The notes below the pieces were generated by a model that saw only the letters and a program-made list of their open reading frames with translations, made no database searches and was not told where the DNA came from. The translations under genes and the position numbers were made by a program. 64,000 nucleotides of DNA, from assembly GCA_050874425.1 (NCBI GenBank), contig JBNMKQ010000001.1:9016-73015 (forward strand). The letters run 5' to 3'. Within the stretch, counting starts at the first letter, position 1. Each line of letters starts with the position of its first letter. Positions 37,582 through 47,800 of the stretch are shown here, in pieces. This DNA is from Alloprevotella sp. (GTDB taxonomy: Bacteria > Bacteroidota > Bacteroidia > Bacteroidales > Bacteroidaceae).

Positions 37582-38850
37582 ATGGATTTGAATTTAATTT
37601 TATCAAGTATCGGAGTATTCTTGGTGATTATACTCCTGTTAGTAGTCATACTGCTCGTGGCAAAGAAGTATCTTTCGCCAAGCGGTAAGGTTACTATAAC
37701 GATTAATGGCAAGGATAAGGTCGAGGTAGAGCAGGGCGCAAGCTTGTTGACTACACTCTCAGATAATGGTATCTATTTGCCTTCAGCGTGTGGTGGTAAG
37801 GGCTCTTGCGGTCAGTGCAAGTGTCAAGTACCTGAAGGCGGTGGTGAAATCCTTGATTCAGAAAAGGGCCACTTTACTCGCAAACAAATTAAGGAACACT
37901 ATCGTTTAGGTTGCCAATGCAAAGTTAAAGGCGACCTTTCAGTACAAGTGCCTGATAGCGTATTGGGTGTTAAGGAGTACGAGTGTACAGTTATTTCAAA
38001 CAAGAACGTAGCTACCTTTATCAAAGAGTTTAAGGTGCAGTTGCCAGCAGGTGCTCATATGGACTTCTTGCCTGGTTCGTATGCTCAGATTAAGATTCCT
38101 GCATTTAGCATGGATTATGATAAGGACATTGACAAGAGCCTTATTGGTGAGGAGTATTTGCCTGCATGGCAGAAGTTTGGCCTTTTCCCCTTGAAGTGTG
38201 TAAACACGCAGCCAACCGTTCGTGCTTACTCAATGGCCAATTATCCTGCTGAGGGTGATGTGTTCATGTTGACAGTTCGTATTGCGACACCTCCTTTCAA
38301 GGCTGATCGTAGTGGCTTTATGGATGTTAATCCTGGTATTGCTTCTTCATACATCTTTACGCTCAAACCGGGTGATAAGGTTATTATGAGTGGTCCTTAT
38401 GGCGATTTCCACCCACACTTCGATTCAAAGAAGGAGATGATTTGGGTTGGCGGTGGTGCAGGTATGGCTCCGTTACGTGCCCAAATTATGCACATGACGC
38501 GTACTTTGCATACAACTGATCGTGAAATGCACTACTTCTATGGTGCACGTGCATTGAATGAAGTGTTCTATTTGCAAGACTTTTTGCAGTTGGAGAAAGA
38601 CTTCCCCAACTTCCACTTCCACCTTGCCCTCGACCGTCCCGACCCCGCAGCCGATGCAGCAGGCGTGAAGTATACTGCAGGCTTCGTACACCAAGTAATG
38701 TATAATACTTATTTGAAAGACCACGATGCTCCTGAGGATATTGAATACTATATGTGTGGTCCTGGTCCTATGTCAAAAGCTGTTGTCGGAATGTTGGACA
38801 GCTTAGGTGTAGAACCCGAAAGCATTATGTATGATAACTTCGGCGGATAG
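37582..38850 (+). CDS. nqrF: Na+-NQR subunit F
   Basis: 2Fe-2S motif SACGGKGSCGQC..RLGCQC, RAYSMAN, GGGAGMAP, YYMCGP, DNFGG C-terminus. Confidence 0.97.
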   Translation: MDLNLILSSIGVFLVIILLLVVILLVAKKYLSPSGKVTITINGKDKVEVEQGASLLTTLSDNGIYLPSACGGKGSCGQCKCQVPEGGGEILDSEKGHFTRKQIKEHYRLGCQCKVKGDLSVQVPDSVLGVKEYECTVISNKNVATFIKEFKVQLPAGAHMDFLPGSYAQIKIPAFSMDYDKDIDKSLIGEEYLPAWQKFGLFPLKCVNTQPTVRAYSMANYPAEGDVFMLTVRIATPPFKADRSGFMDVNPGIASSYIFTLKPGDKVIMSGPYGDFHPHFDSKKEMIWVGGGAGMAPLRAQIMHMTRTLHTTDREMHYFYGARALNEVFYLQDFLQLEKDFPNFHFHLALDRPDPAADAAGVKYTAGFVHQVMYNTYLKDHDAPEDIEYYMCGPGPMSKAVVGMLDSLGVEPESIMYDNFGG

Positions 38851-38923
38851 CCGGTAACGTAAATTTGAATACTTACATATTAAGAGAGGCGTAAGCATAA
38901 CTGTACGACCTCTCTTATCAAAC

Positions 38924-38958
38924 GAAGTAAAGCCACTGCATATCAGTGGCTTTATTTC
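38924..38958 (+). terminator. Intrinsic terminator after nqrF (a second hairpin lies at 38881-38917)
   Basis: GAAGTAAAGCCACTG CATAT CAGTGGCTTTATTTC. Confidence 0.75.
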
Positions 38959-38992
38959 GTAATGTAGCATTGTAAGAGAAACAAGAAAAAAT

Positions 38993-39379
38993 ATGAAAGA
39001 GTTAACAGCAGGATATGAAGTAATAAAGTTCAAGGGGCAAACGAAGCGTTTTTGCCAAACGCTTGATTTACGCGATGATCCTCAGCTCATTGCTTCGTAC
39101 AAGCAATTGCATTCACAGTCGGGCATTTGGCCAGAGATACTTGAAGGAATAAGAAAGGCGGGAGTGCTTGAAATGGAAATATACCTTTTAGGTACACGTT
39201 TATTTATGATAGTAGAATTGCCGATTGATGCAGAGTGGAGCGATGTAATGCAACGCATGTCTTCTTATCCCCGTCAGGCTGAATGGGAAGAGTTAACAGC
39301 TCGCTATCAAAAGGCCGAGGCGCATGCAGCGTCAGCTGATAAGTGGAAACTTATGGAACGTATATTCCATTTGTATTGA
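38993..39379 (+). CDS. L-rhamnose mutarotase family protein
   Basis: KRFCQTLDLRDDPQLIASYKQLH, IWPEILEGIRKAGVLEMEIY, QAEWEE, KWKLMERIF. Confidence 0.85.
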   Translation: MKELTAGYEVIKFKGQTKRFCQTLDLRDDPQLIASYKQLHSQSGIWPEILEGIRKAGVLEMEIYLLGTRLFMIVELPIDAEWSDVMQRMSSYPRQAEWEELTARYQKAEAHAASADKWKLMERIFHLY

Positions 39380-39629
39380 TATTTATAGTTGTTTTATTCG
39401 AACCTCATCATTTGCTTTTTTACTTGAAATAAATAGTGTGGTGATACTAAAAAAACTAAAAGGATAAAGAAATCTACAAATAGTGTTGCAGTTTAGTGTA
39501 TTTTTCTGCAACTTTGCGTTACAATTTGTGCTTGCATATGTTCAAACACCTTTTGCATCATAAAAGGAGCGGTGTGTGAAGTAGGCACTTTTTGTTAGTT
39601 TCGACATCTAATTTACATTTACACTTTCT

Positions 39630-41138
39630 ATGAAAAAAAACAAACTCTTTGTTTCGTTGTTGGCAGCAGGTATGCTTGCCATTTCGCCTGCTATGGCAGA
39701 CGATGTGGTGAAGATTACCACCAACAAGCAGGCAGGCGAGACTGTTACGCTACAGGTTAATCAACTTGGTAGCGGTTCGACTGTAGATTGGGGTAATGGT
39801 CCTGTTGAAGTTACTGCAACAGATGAAGACCAACTCACTCTAACAGGTGAACTTGCTGGTTCAACAATCACTATTAGTGCTACCTCAAAGTTGCGCACAC
39901 TTATATGTGATGGTATTGGTGCAACAGCAATTGACCTCACTGGCGCTCCCAACTTGATGTCACTTTACTGCCAAAATAATGAGATTACTTCATTAGACTT
40001 GTCAGCATGTAATGCTTTGACTGACTTGAACTGCGAAAATAATGCTTTAAGTCGTTTGACCATTTCAGCTTCAAAAAATGCAAATTTGCAAAATTTGAAC
40101 ATTGCTGGTAACCAACTTACTTCGTCATTCTCATTCTCAGGCGCAGATTTGCAACACCTCAATGTTAGCAAAAATGCTATTACAGGATTAACGCTTTCGT
40201 CAAACACAAAGTTGGACGTTGTGAAGTGTACGGAGAATGCTCTGACTTCGCTTACAGTCAATGCTCCTTCGCTCTCAGCCATTATGTGTGGCGATAATAA
40301 GCTTACATCACTCTCAATTGGTGGTGAAGTGTCAGGCTTGCGTCAAGTATTTGCTGAAAATAACAAAATCGGTAGCCTAAACGTATCAAAAGCTACTGGT
40401 TTGAAGTACATTGCAGTTGAAAATAATGCACTTACTACGGTTACTTTGCCCGAAAGCAGCGTGCTTTATGCTATGACTTGTCAAAACAATATGTTGACAT
40501 ACAAGTCGTTGCCTGCAAAACGTGCTATTACAAATATTACGTATTTGCCTCAAGATAATTCAAGTCAGACCATAGATATTAAGGGTAAACTGAACAATAA
40601 GCGCATTGACGGCACACGTTATTATTATTTGATTAAGGGCTCAAAGACAGAATTGCGTGCAGCAGAATTACCTTATGTGCTTGATATGAGAGATTACACA
40701 GATGGTGTTTCTGTCAACTTTGTGAATGAAAGTGGTAATAAAGTTGCTAGCGACGACATTATTACTATTAACAACTCAAAGTATGCAGGATACATTGTGT
40801 TTGCAAATGCTCAAGAAGAGCCTATAATGGGTCAAATCGTTCCGACTTACTATCCAGAGTTGGTAATAAACACTTCACCTTCGTTCTATGTTGTAGAATC
40901 AGAAGAAGACCTCGTTAATCGTGTAACTGCTGGCATCAATGATATTACCGTTGGTAAAAATGCTTTGGGTGTAAATGGTGCACATGGCGTACTGACCCTC
41001 GCTTCTGAGGCTTCAACTCCTGTCAAGGTATATACCAGCGCCGGCCAATTAGTATGGCAAGGTAATGTACAAGGAACAACTACGGTAAACCTTTCAACGG
41101 GTGTTTATATCGTAAATGGTAAGAAGGTTGTTCTCTAA
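39630..41138 (+). CDS. Leucine-rich repeat protein with a T9SS type A C-terminal sorting domain
   Basis: Signal peptide ending AMA-D, about 10 LxxLxCxxNxLxxL repeats (for example LTDLNCENNALSRL), C-terminus GINDI..VKVYTSAGQLV..GVYIVNGKKVVL. Confidence 0.88.
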   Translation: MKKNKLFVSLLAAGMLAISPAMADDVVKITTNKQAGETVTLQVNQLGSGSTVDWGNGPVEVTATDEDQLTLTGELAGSTITISATSKLRTLICDGIGATAIDLTGAPNLMSLYCQNNEITSLDLSACNALTDLNCENNALSRLTISASKNANLQNLNIAGNQLTSSFSFSGADLQHLNVSKNAITGLTLSSNTKLDVVKCTENALTSLTVNAPSLSAIMCGDNKLTSLSIGGEVSGLRQVFAENNKIGSLNVSKATGLKYIAVENNALTTVTLPESSVLYAMTCQNNMLTYKSLPAKRAITNITYLPQDNSSQTIDIKGKLNNKRIDGTRYYYLIKGSKTELRAAELPYVLDMRDYTDGVSVNFVNESGNKVASDDIITINNSKYAGYIVFANAQEEPIMGQIVPTYYPELVINTSPSFYVVESEEDLVNRVTAGINDITVGKNALGVNGAHGVLTLASEASTPVKVYTSAGQLVWQGNVQGTTTVNLSTGVYIVNGKKVVL

Positions 41139-41177
41139 GCAAACTACTTAATTACAAGATATTAAAAAGAATAATCA

Positions 41178-43901
41178 ATGAATTACATAAAGCAAATGCT
41201 CGCTTGTGTAGCATTGGCAGCTGGTACAGCATACCAACCGCTTATGGCACAAGTGAAATTGTCGGGCGAAGCATTCCCTGTTATTGTAGCTCCCCACGCT
41301 CAGTCGGTAAGCTACTATGAACGCACGCTTTGCTATGACATTACTTCAAATGTAGACTATACTGCTACGTCAGATGCTGATTGGGTAAGCGTTCGCAAGG
41401 CCGATAATGGTACTGTTTACGTTCATGTACAATACAACAAGTTGGGCGAAGAACGTACGGCTCATGTCGTTTTTGCTAATGCCGAAAATAATTTGAGTGA
41501 AACACTCACCATTACGCAAAGCCGTAATGAGTCATTTAAGGAATTGCCTAAGGATGTTCAGGTTAGCGTCGCTTCAGCAACGGCTAATACCACAAACTCA
41601 GGTTATGGTATAGAGAAAACCTACGATAACAATGAGTCAACCTTCTGGCACAGCCAGTGGAATCCCTCAAACTTCGTGGTTTCTAAAGAGAATCCTGCCA
41701 TTCTTACTTACAACTTCAACAATGTTGACCATATTGACTACATAGAGTATGTAACTCGTCAAGATGGCAATTCAAATGGTAACTTTGGTGAGGTTGAGGT
41801 TTATGCAAAGTGTGGTAGTGAGACTGCTTACACACTAATTTCAACTGTAGACTTGGGCCATGCCGGTGGCCTTATTACTTTGGGAGCCACGGGATTAGAC
41901 GATGTTAAGTCTATTCAACTAAAGGTATTGAGTGGTGCTAACAATAATGCTTCATGTGCAGAAATGCGCTTTATGAAGTATAATAGCGAGGCAACTGACT
42001 ATAATGCATTATTTACGGATGCATCAATGTCGGCTTTGAAAGAAGGCGTAACAAAGGAACAAATTGAAACCATTAAGTACGACTTTATTCGCGACCTCGC
42101 ACTTGGCCTCTTAGACAAGTCTTACGATAAGAACTATCGCGTAGGCGAATATACTGCTAAACTTTCTTACGTTACCCAAAGTAACATTTGGAATGCTCCT
42201 GGTAAGTACTATGACCAACGTCAAGGCGTTACGGGTATTAACATCTCAAAGGGTCAGCATGCTATTGCTGTTTCAGGCTTGCCTGATGGAAAAAACGTGC
42301 CAATGATTGTTACGGCTTGGTATGTAGGTAAGGATGGCGAAAACTTCAAAGGTGGTAATCCTCAAAGCTTTAGCTACTCTTTACACAATGGCTTGAACAT
42401 CATCAACTATAACTATGACTTCGATGGATTAGCCTACGTTTGCTATTATGCTGATGCTAATCCAGAGTTGCAGCCTAAGTTGACGGTTCACTTCATTAAT
42501 GGTGACGTAAATGGTTACCTCTCTTCAGACAAAACGAATGATGAGATGCATGAACTTACTGCGAAGGCTAAGAACGTATGTATGGACGTGTTAGGCACAA
42601 AGGTCCACTCTGTATGGACATCACAAGGCTTGCATGATTATTGCAAGGCAACAGATGGAACATCTATTGGTTACCGTCAGTATATGAACGTACTCGACTC
42701 GCTCATTCAGTGGGAGCATGATTTGTTAGGTTTCAAGAAGTATAACAGCGAACCTGATAATCGTACCATGGCTTATACCAACTACACTTACTACATGTTC
42801 CAAGGTGGCTTTGGTGTATCATTCCATCATGATCAAGAGTATCGTGTGTTGAATTGCAAGAGAATTGTTTATAATGACAATGACGCTATTTGGGGCCTCT
42901 CACACGAGTGGGGTCATCAACACCAAATGCACCCCTACTTCTGTTGGGCTGGTATGAGTGAAGTTACTAATAACATGAACTCATATTACAACATTATGAA
43001 GATGGGCTATCACACAAGTGATAAGATCAATGCTTGGCCGACAGCTCGTAAGCACTTTATTCAGGACAATATTAACGACATTGAAGTAAGTGGTCCTGTT
43101 GCGCTTGTAAAAGATGGTGGTGGTAGATACGATGTAGGTAAAGGTAGTATGGTGAAAGGTCGTCGTTTTAGTCGTACCCGTCGTTTGGCCTACTTGAACA
43201 AGAACTTTATGACAAACGCTGCTTTACGTCAGATTTGTGAGAGTATGTCAGACTCAACTGTAACCACTTATGCTAAGGACCCAGCTCATGCATTACACAT
43301 CAGTGAAGTAGGCGTAGGGGAAACCCTTTGTCCCTTCATCATGTTGTTCAACTACTTTACAACTCACGGCAAACCCGACTTTGCTCCCGATTGGTATGAA
43401 GCACTTCGTCAGACAGATGATGTTAATGGTGGCTCATCAATCGAAAAGGCTAAGGGCTTTGACAAGTACGAGTTGGTAGCAGCAGCTCAGAATAATAATA
43501 AGAATGACCTTTACAGTAAGTTGGTTGAACTCTATCCCAACTCTTGCTGGGTGAAGAGCGGCTATGTAACGCGCAATAGTACGCAATGGGAAAATTCAAT
43601 GCCTTATGTACTTAACTACATTCGCAAGACTTCTCGTCTTTCAGGTTACAACCTCTTGCCTTACTTTGATCATTGGGGCTTCCTCCGCCAAGTTGCACTC
43701 TACATTGGCGACTATGGTAACAAGTGGCAATGCTTCAACAAGGAAATGTACGATGAGTTCAAGGCCGATATGGATGCTCTTGTAGCAGATGGTACTTTGA
43801 AAGAAATGCCAGAAGGCATGGTAGAAGAGATTTCAAATACTGTTGATCTCTTTGACTCAGGTTACCAAAACTTTGGTACGACTCCCACTTTTCCTAACTA
43901 A
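41178..43901 (+). CDS. M60-like zinc metallopeptidase (BACON - CBM32/discoidin - M60)
   Basis: Signal peptide ending LMA-Q, BACON SDADWVSV..N..GEERTA..LTITQ, discoidin KTYDNNESTFWHSQW..CAEMRF, gluzincin motif SHEWGHQHQ..EVTNN. Confidence 0.9.
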   Translation: MNYIKQMLACVALAAGTAYQPLMAQVKLSGEAFPVIVAPHAQSVSYYERTLCYDITSNVDYTATSDADWVSVRKADNGTVYVHVQYNKLGEERTAHVVFANAENNLSETLTITQSRNESFKELPKDVQVSVASATANTTNSGYGIEKTYDNNESTFWHSQWNPSNFVVSKENPAILTYNFNNVDHIDYIEYVTRQDGNSNGNFGEVEVYAKCGSETAYTLISTVDLGHAGGLITLGATGLDDVKSIQLKVLSGANNNASCAEMRFMKYNSEATDYNALFTDASMSALKEGVTKEQIETIKYDFIRDLALGLLDKSYDKNYRVGEYTAKLSYVTQSNIWNAPGKYYDQRQGVTGINISKGQHAIAVSGLPDGKNVPMIVTAWYVGKDGENFKGGNPQSFSYSLHNGLNIINYNYDFDGLAYVCYYADANPELQPKLTVHFINGDVNGYLSSDKTNDEMHELTAKAKNVCMDVLGTKVHSVWTSQGLHDYCKATDGTSIGYRQYMNVLDSLIQWEHDLLGFKKYNSEPDNRTMAYTNYTYYMFQGGFGVSFHHDQEYRVLNCKRIVYNDNDAIWGLSHEWGHQHQMHPYFCWAGMSEVTNNMNSYYNIMKMGYHTSDKINAWPTARKHFIQDNINDIEVSGPVALVKDGGGRYDVGKGSMVKGRRFSRTRRLAYLNKNFMTNAALRQICESMSDSTVTTYAKDPAHALHISEVGVGETLCPFIMLFNYFTTHGKPDFAPDWYEALRQTDDVNGGSSIEKAKGFDKYELVAAAQNNNKNDLYSKLVELYPNSCWVKSGYVTRNSTQWENSMPYVLNYIRKTSRLSGYNLLPYFDHWGFLRQVALYIGDYGNKWQCFNKEMYDEFKADMDALVADGTLKEMPEGMVEEISNTVDLFDSGYQNFGTTPTFPN

Positions 43902-43920
43902 TAGGAAGAGGTAATATAAA

Positions 43921-43960
43921 AAAACATCCGCATAATCATTAACGATTATGCGGATGTTTT
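43921..43960 (+). terminator. Intrinsic terminator closing the LRR-M60 unit
   Basis: AAAACATCCGCATAATC ATTAAC GATTATGCGGATGTTTT, perfect arms followed by Ts. Confidence 0.88.
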
Positions 43961-44108
43961 TTCTGTATACTATCCGCCAGTGCGCTATCTTAATTGCATC
44001 ATGATAGAAATTAGAAAGCTTGAAGTTTATGTTTGGGTCTGAATTATGTTAACTTTATGCTTGATAGGTACTTTTATTATTCAAGTTTTGGATTTAGACA
44101 AATTGCAG

Positions 44109-44134
44109 TTACCCACACAATTCGTTATAGAGCC
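44109..44134 (+). mobile_element. Solo ISL3-family terminal inverted repeat
   Basis: TTACCCACACAATTCGTTATAGAGCC. Confidence 0.65.
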
Positions 44135-44329
44135 CTTTAGCTAAATATATTTCGTAGATAATAGTGATGCTTTTTCCGACAAAATGAAAGCAATTTTTGG
44201 GAAGTTTGGAATTTTGCAATTTCTCATGTGGCTCATGTATGCGTTTAACGTACTACCCATTAACTTTATGCGACATCTGATTACGTAAGCAATGTGATGG
44301 GATTATGAAGAAGTCGCGCGCTTCGACAC

Positions 44330-44360
44330 AAAAAAAGCACGTAGCTATATGGCTCGTGCT
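44330..44360 (-). terminator. Intrinsic terminator of the small wHTH gene
   Basis: The minus strand reads AGCACGAGCCATATAGCTACGTGCT followed by a T-run. Confidence 0.7.
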
Positions 44361-44403
44361 AAATGTGGTTGTTAGTTTAGTGTCTTAACAAGCAGAAGGA
44401 AGA

Positions 44404-44607
44404 TTACTTCAATGAGATAGTGAGGTCCTTTTCGCCTTCAGTTACATTGAGCTTGCCTTCACGGAGCAACCAACCAAGACCAAGGAAAAGATCCTTGTCA
44501 GAACGTGTCTTGATAGCCTTCTTCAATTCCTTACCCGTAAGTTCACCGCCCTCGTTAAGGGCTTCCCAAATCTTGCCAGCTAAAGCGCCAGCCTTTTCTT
44601 CGAACAT
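44404..44607 (-). CDS. Small winged helix-turn-helix protein (DUF2582-like)
   Basis: AGALAGKIWEALN and LFLGLGWLLREGKL recalled as the family pattern. Has its own TACCTTTG box at 44679-44686 (minus) and a terminator. Confidence 0.85.
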   Translation of the reverse strand: MFEEKAGALAGKIWEALNEGGELTGKELKKAIKTRSDKDLFLGLGWLLREGKLNVTEGEKDLTISLK

Positions 44608-44832
44608 ACTATAAATTATGTTAGTTAAACATGGTTGAGGGTCATGCGGTTGTTAACATTCCCCCTTTAAAACGATAGCAAAGGTAAAGAAAGTTAAGTG
44701 AAAGGAAAAATTTTTTCACTGAAAATCAATACTTTTCAACCCTTAAGACTATAATTTGTCTTATAAAGTTTTCAAATTCTAAGGATAAAGTACTATATTA
44801 GCACATAGTTTTTATGAATTAACACTCTCCTT

Positions 44833-47800
44833 ATGAATAAATCGAAGACTCTCACCGTCTATAATGCCTCGGCAGGTTCGGGCAAGACGTATACACTGGC
44901 CTTAAAATACATTGCATTGGCTTTAAAGGGCGAAGCGTTTGATAACGAAGAGACGGGACGCACGGAATATCGCTTTAGTAAGAACGACTATACGCACATA
45001 CTCGCCGTGACCTTTACTAACAAGGCTACGGCCGAGATGAAGGGGCGCATACTGAAGTACCTCCTTGCCTTGGCTAATCCTGACTTTAGAACGCCCGACG
45101 ACGACCTAGGCTTTATGCAAAAAGTTATGGACGAAACGGGACTGACGGAGCCGGTGGTCAGACAGCGTTCGGCCGACATGTTAGAGGCTATTATGCAAGA
45201 TTATGACCACTTTAAGGTAGAGACGATTGATTCCTTCTTCCAAACGCTGCTTACGAGCATGGCGCACGAGATGAACCTACCTCGTGGCTTTAAGGTCGAC
45301 CTCGACGACAAGGCTTTGGTGGCTGACGCTGTGAACAACTTCTTGATGAAGCTCAAGGGCAAACATGGAGGAAGGGGCGCGATGAAACGTGTCATTGCAC
45401 TGCTTAACGACTACATGGAGGAAAAGGGTAAGTGGGACATTAGTAAGGAGCTTACACGCTTTGCACAAGATAACCTCTTTAGCGACCTTATGATGAATAA
45501 GGAGGAGGAGCTAGCAGCCTATATGAATGGCGACGCATCGCAACTCTATGAGCTACGCACGCGACTGCGCGATAAGATGAAGGAGATTGATAATAGCTTA
45601 AAGCGTAGATGTGAAGACCTGAAGAAACTGAATAATAAGATTTTGCCCTTTATCAATAAAAAACTAAGCAACACACTCATAAACTACTCTAATGGCATAA
45701 TAGACCATTCACTCTTTTCAAAAGACCCTGTTGGAACAATTGTGAAATTAGCAGAATCAAACATTAAAGGTTTTGTTTTAAACAAATATATAGAAAATGG
45801 TGAGGCGCAAGCGAACGAAGACATTAATAAAGTAATTCATAGTGTTGCAGAATTAGAAAGACTTCGCAACAAATATCAGGTAGTTTACAACACTTGTCAA
45901 CTTACGCTGCAAAAGCTAAGCACGCTGAGCCTATTGAGCGACATCAACCAGGAGGTAAAACGACTCACGGCTGAACGTGGCACACACTTATTGGCCCACA
46001 CGCCCCAACTGTTTGGTCGCATGGTTAAGGCCGAGGACGCCTCGTTCATATACGAACGCTTGGGCACCACGTTGCACCATATTATGATAGACGAGTTTCA
46101 AGATACTTCGCACGCTCAGTGGCAAAACTTCAAGTTGCTCATTGGCGAGATGTTGAGCCAAGGGCAACAGTGTATGTTGGTAGGCGACGTTAAGCAGAGT
46201 ATCTATCGCTGGCGCGGTGGCGATTGGGGCATTTTGGGCAACATCGATACGGAAGGAGGCATTGGCCGCTATGTAGACCGTCTGCCCAAAATGGTGAACT
46301 ATCGTAGCCAACCGCTCATTGTGCGCTTTAATAATGCTTTCTTTATGAAGGCGGCTTCGTACTGTGACTGTAACTCCTCTACGCGCACTGAGGGAGAAGT
46401 GGAATGGACAGTGCCCCAGGATTGGCAAGAAGCTATCTATGAGGGGGAGCTGAAGAATAAGTTTGCTGAGGGCGAGAGTGAGGATACTTTAGTTGAGCAA
46501 CGTAGCACCACCACCGAGGCACGAGGGGAGGATAAGAGCACAGCACAACGCGTTATACCGATGAAGAGAATTTATCAAGACGTGGTGCAAATAGCTAATA
46601 AGGGGGGCAACGAAGTGGGCAAGCCTAATGGCTATGTGTTCATCAAGTTGCTTGACAAGGATTATGAGGAACAAGCACTTAAAGAATTGAGCCAAAAGAT
46701 AGACTTGGTAAAGCAAGAATGTCAAATCGAGTATAAAGATATGCTCATATTGGTGCGACGTAATGGTGAAGCAAAAAAGGTGGTTGACTATATGCAAGAC
46801 AAGCGTCCTGACTTGCCCTTAACGACTGAAGAAGCTTTTATGTACAGTGCGTCGGACATGGTTAACTGCTTGGTGAATGCCTTGAAGTTCATAAACGATA
46901 TGGACGCGCTAAAGGCCGAGGCCGAAAGGGCGCAAAAAGAAGATGATAAGGATAAAGCTATAAAGAAATACGAAGAAGGGGCCGATCACCAACTTTCTTA
47001 CTTCCGCCTGCAGCAATGTTATGACAACTTGACGAAGACGGCTGAAAAGGTGGGAAGCGGCACTACGGACTATGCCGCTACGCTGAGCGAGTTTATGAAT
47101 AAGCTGAAAGATGAGCAGTGGCGCACGGAGTGTCACCGCATTCCGCTATACGAACTGTTGCAAATGTTTATGCGCGACCTCGCATTTGATGAGCTGAACA
47201 ATCAGGGGCAGTTGGGACAAGCGGCTTATTTGCACAGCTTTATGGACGAAGTAGTGGCTTTTGCAGACGAGAAGACACCGGATATAGCAAAATTCATTGC
47301 TTACTGGGATGAGTCGCTCGCCAAGAAATCGATTGCTACCAACGCTTCAGACGCCATTAGCGTGATGACCATTCATAAAGCGAAAGGATTGGAACGACAT
47401 ACCGTGTTTATACCTTTTGGCAATATGGATTTGGAGAGCGATAAGGCTGGAATGTTTCCCGCCACACTAACGTGTAACGTAACAGAGATTACGAAGTACA
47501 ACGCTGAAGCTAAGGACTTGTTGGGAGAACTGCCTGTCATACCTATTACAATGGGTAAGGCGATGGACAATTCGTTCTATCACGATTGTTATGTCTACGA
47601 CCACTTGCAGCAACGCGTTGACAATCTTAATACGCTCTATGTGGCCTTTACGCGCGCTGCCACAAACTTATTTATTTGGAGTCAAGATAAGGGGACGCAA
47701 ACGACCTCGGCCTTACTAAAGGCTTTTGTTAGCAATGAGGAGGCAAAGGTGAACGAAGAGGATCAAAAGCCTTACTATGAGTTTGGCCAACTTGAGCCAC

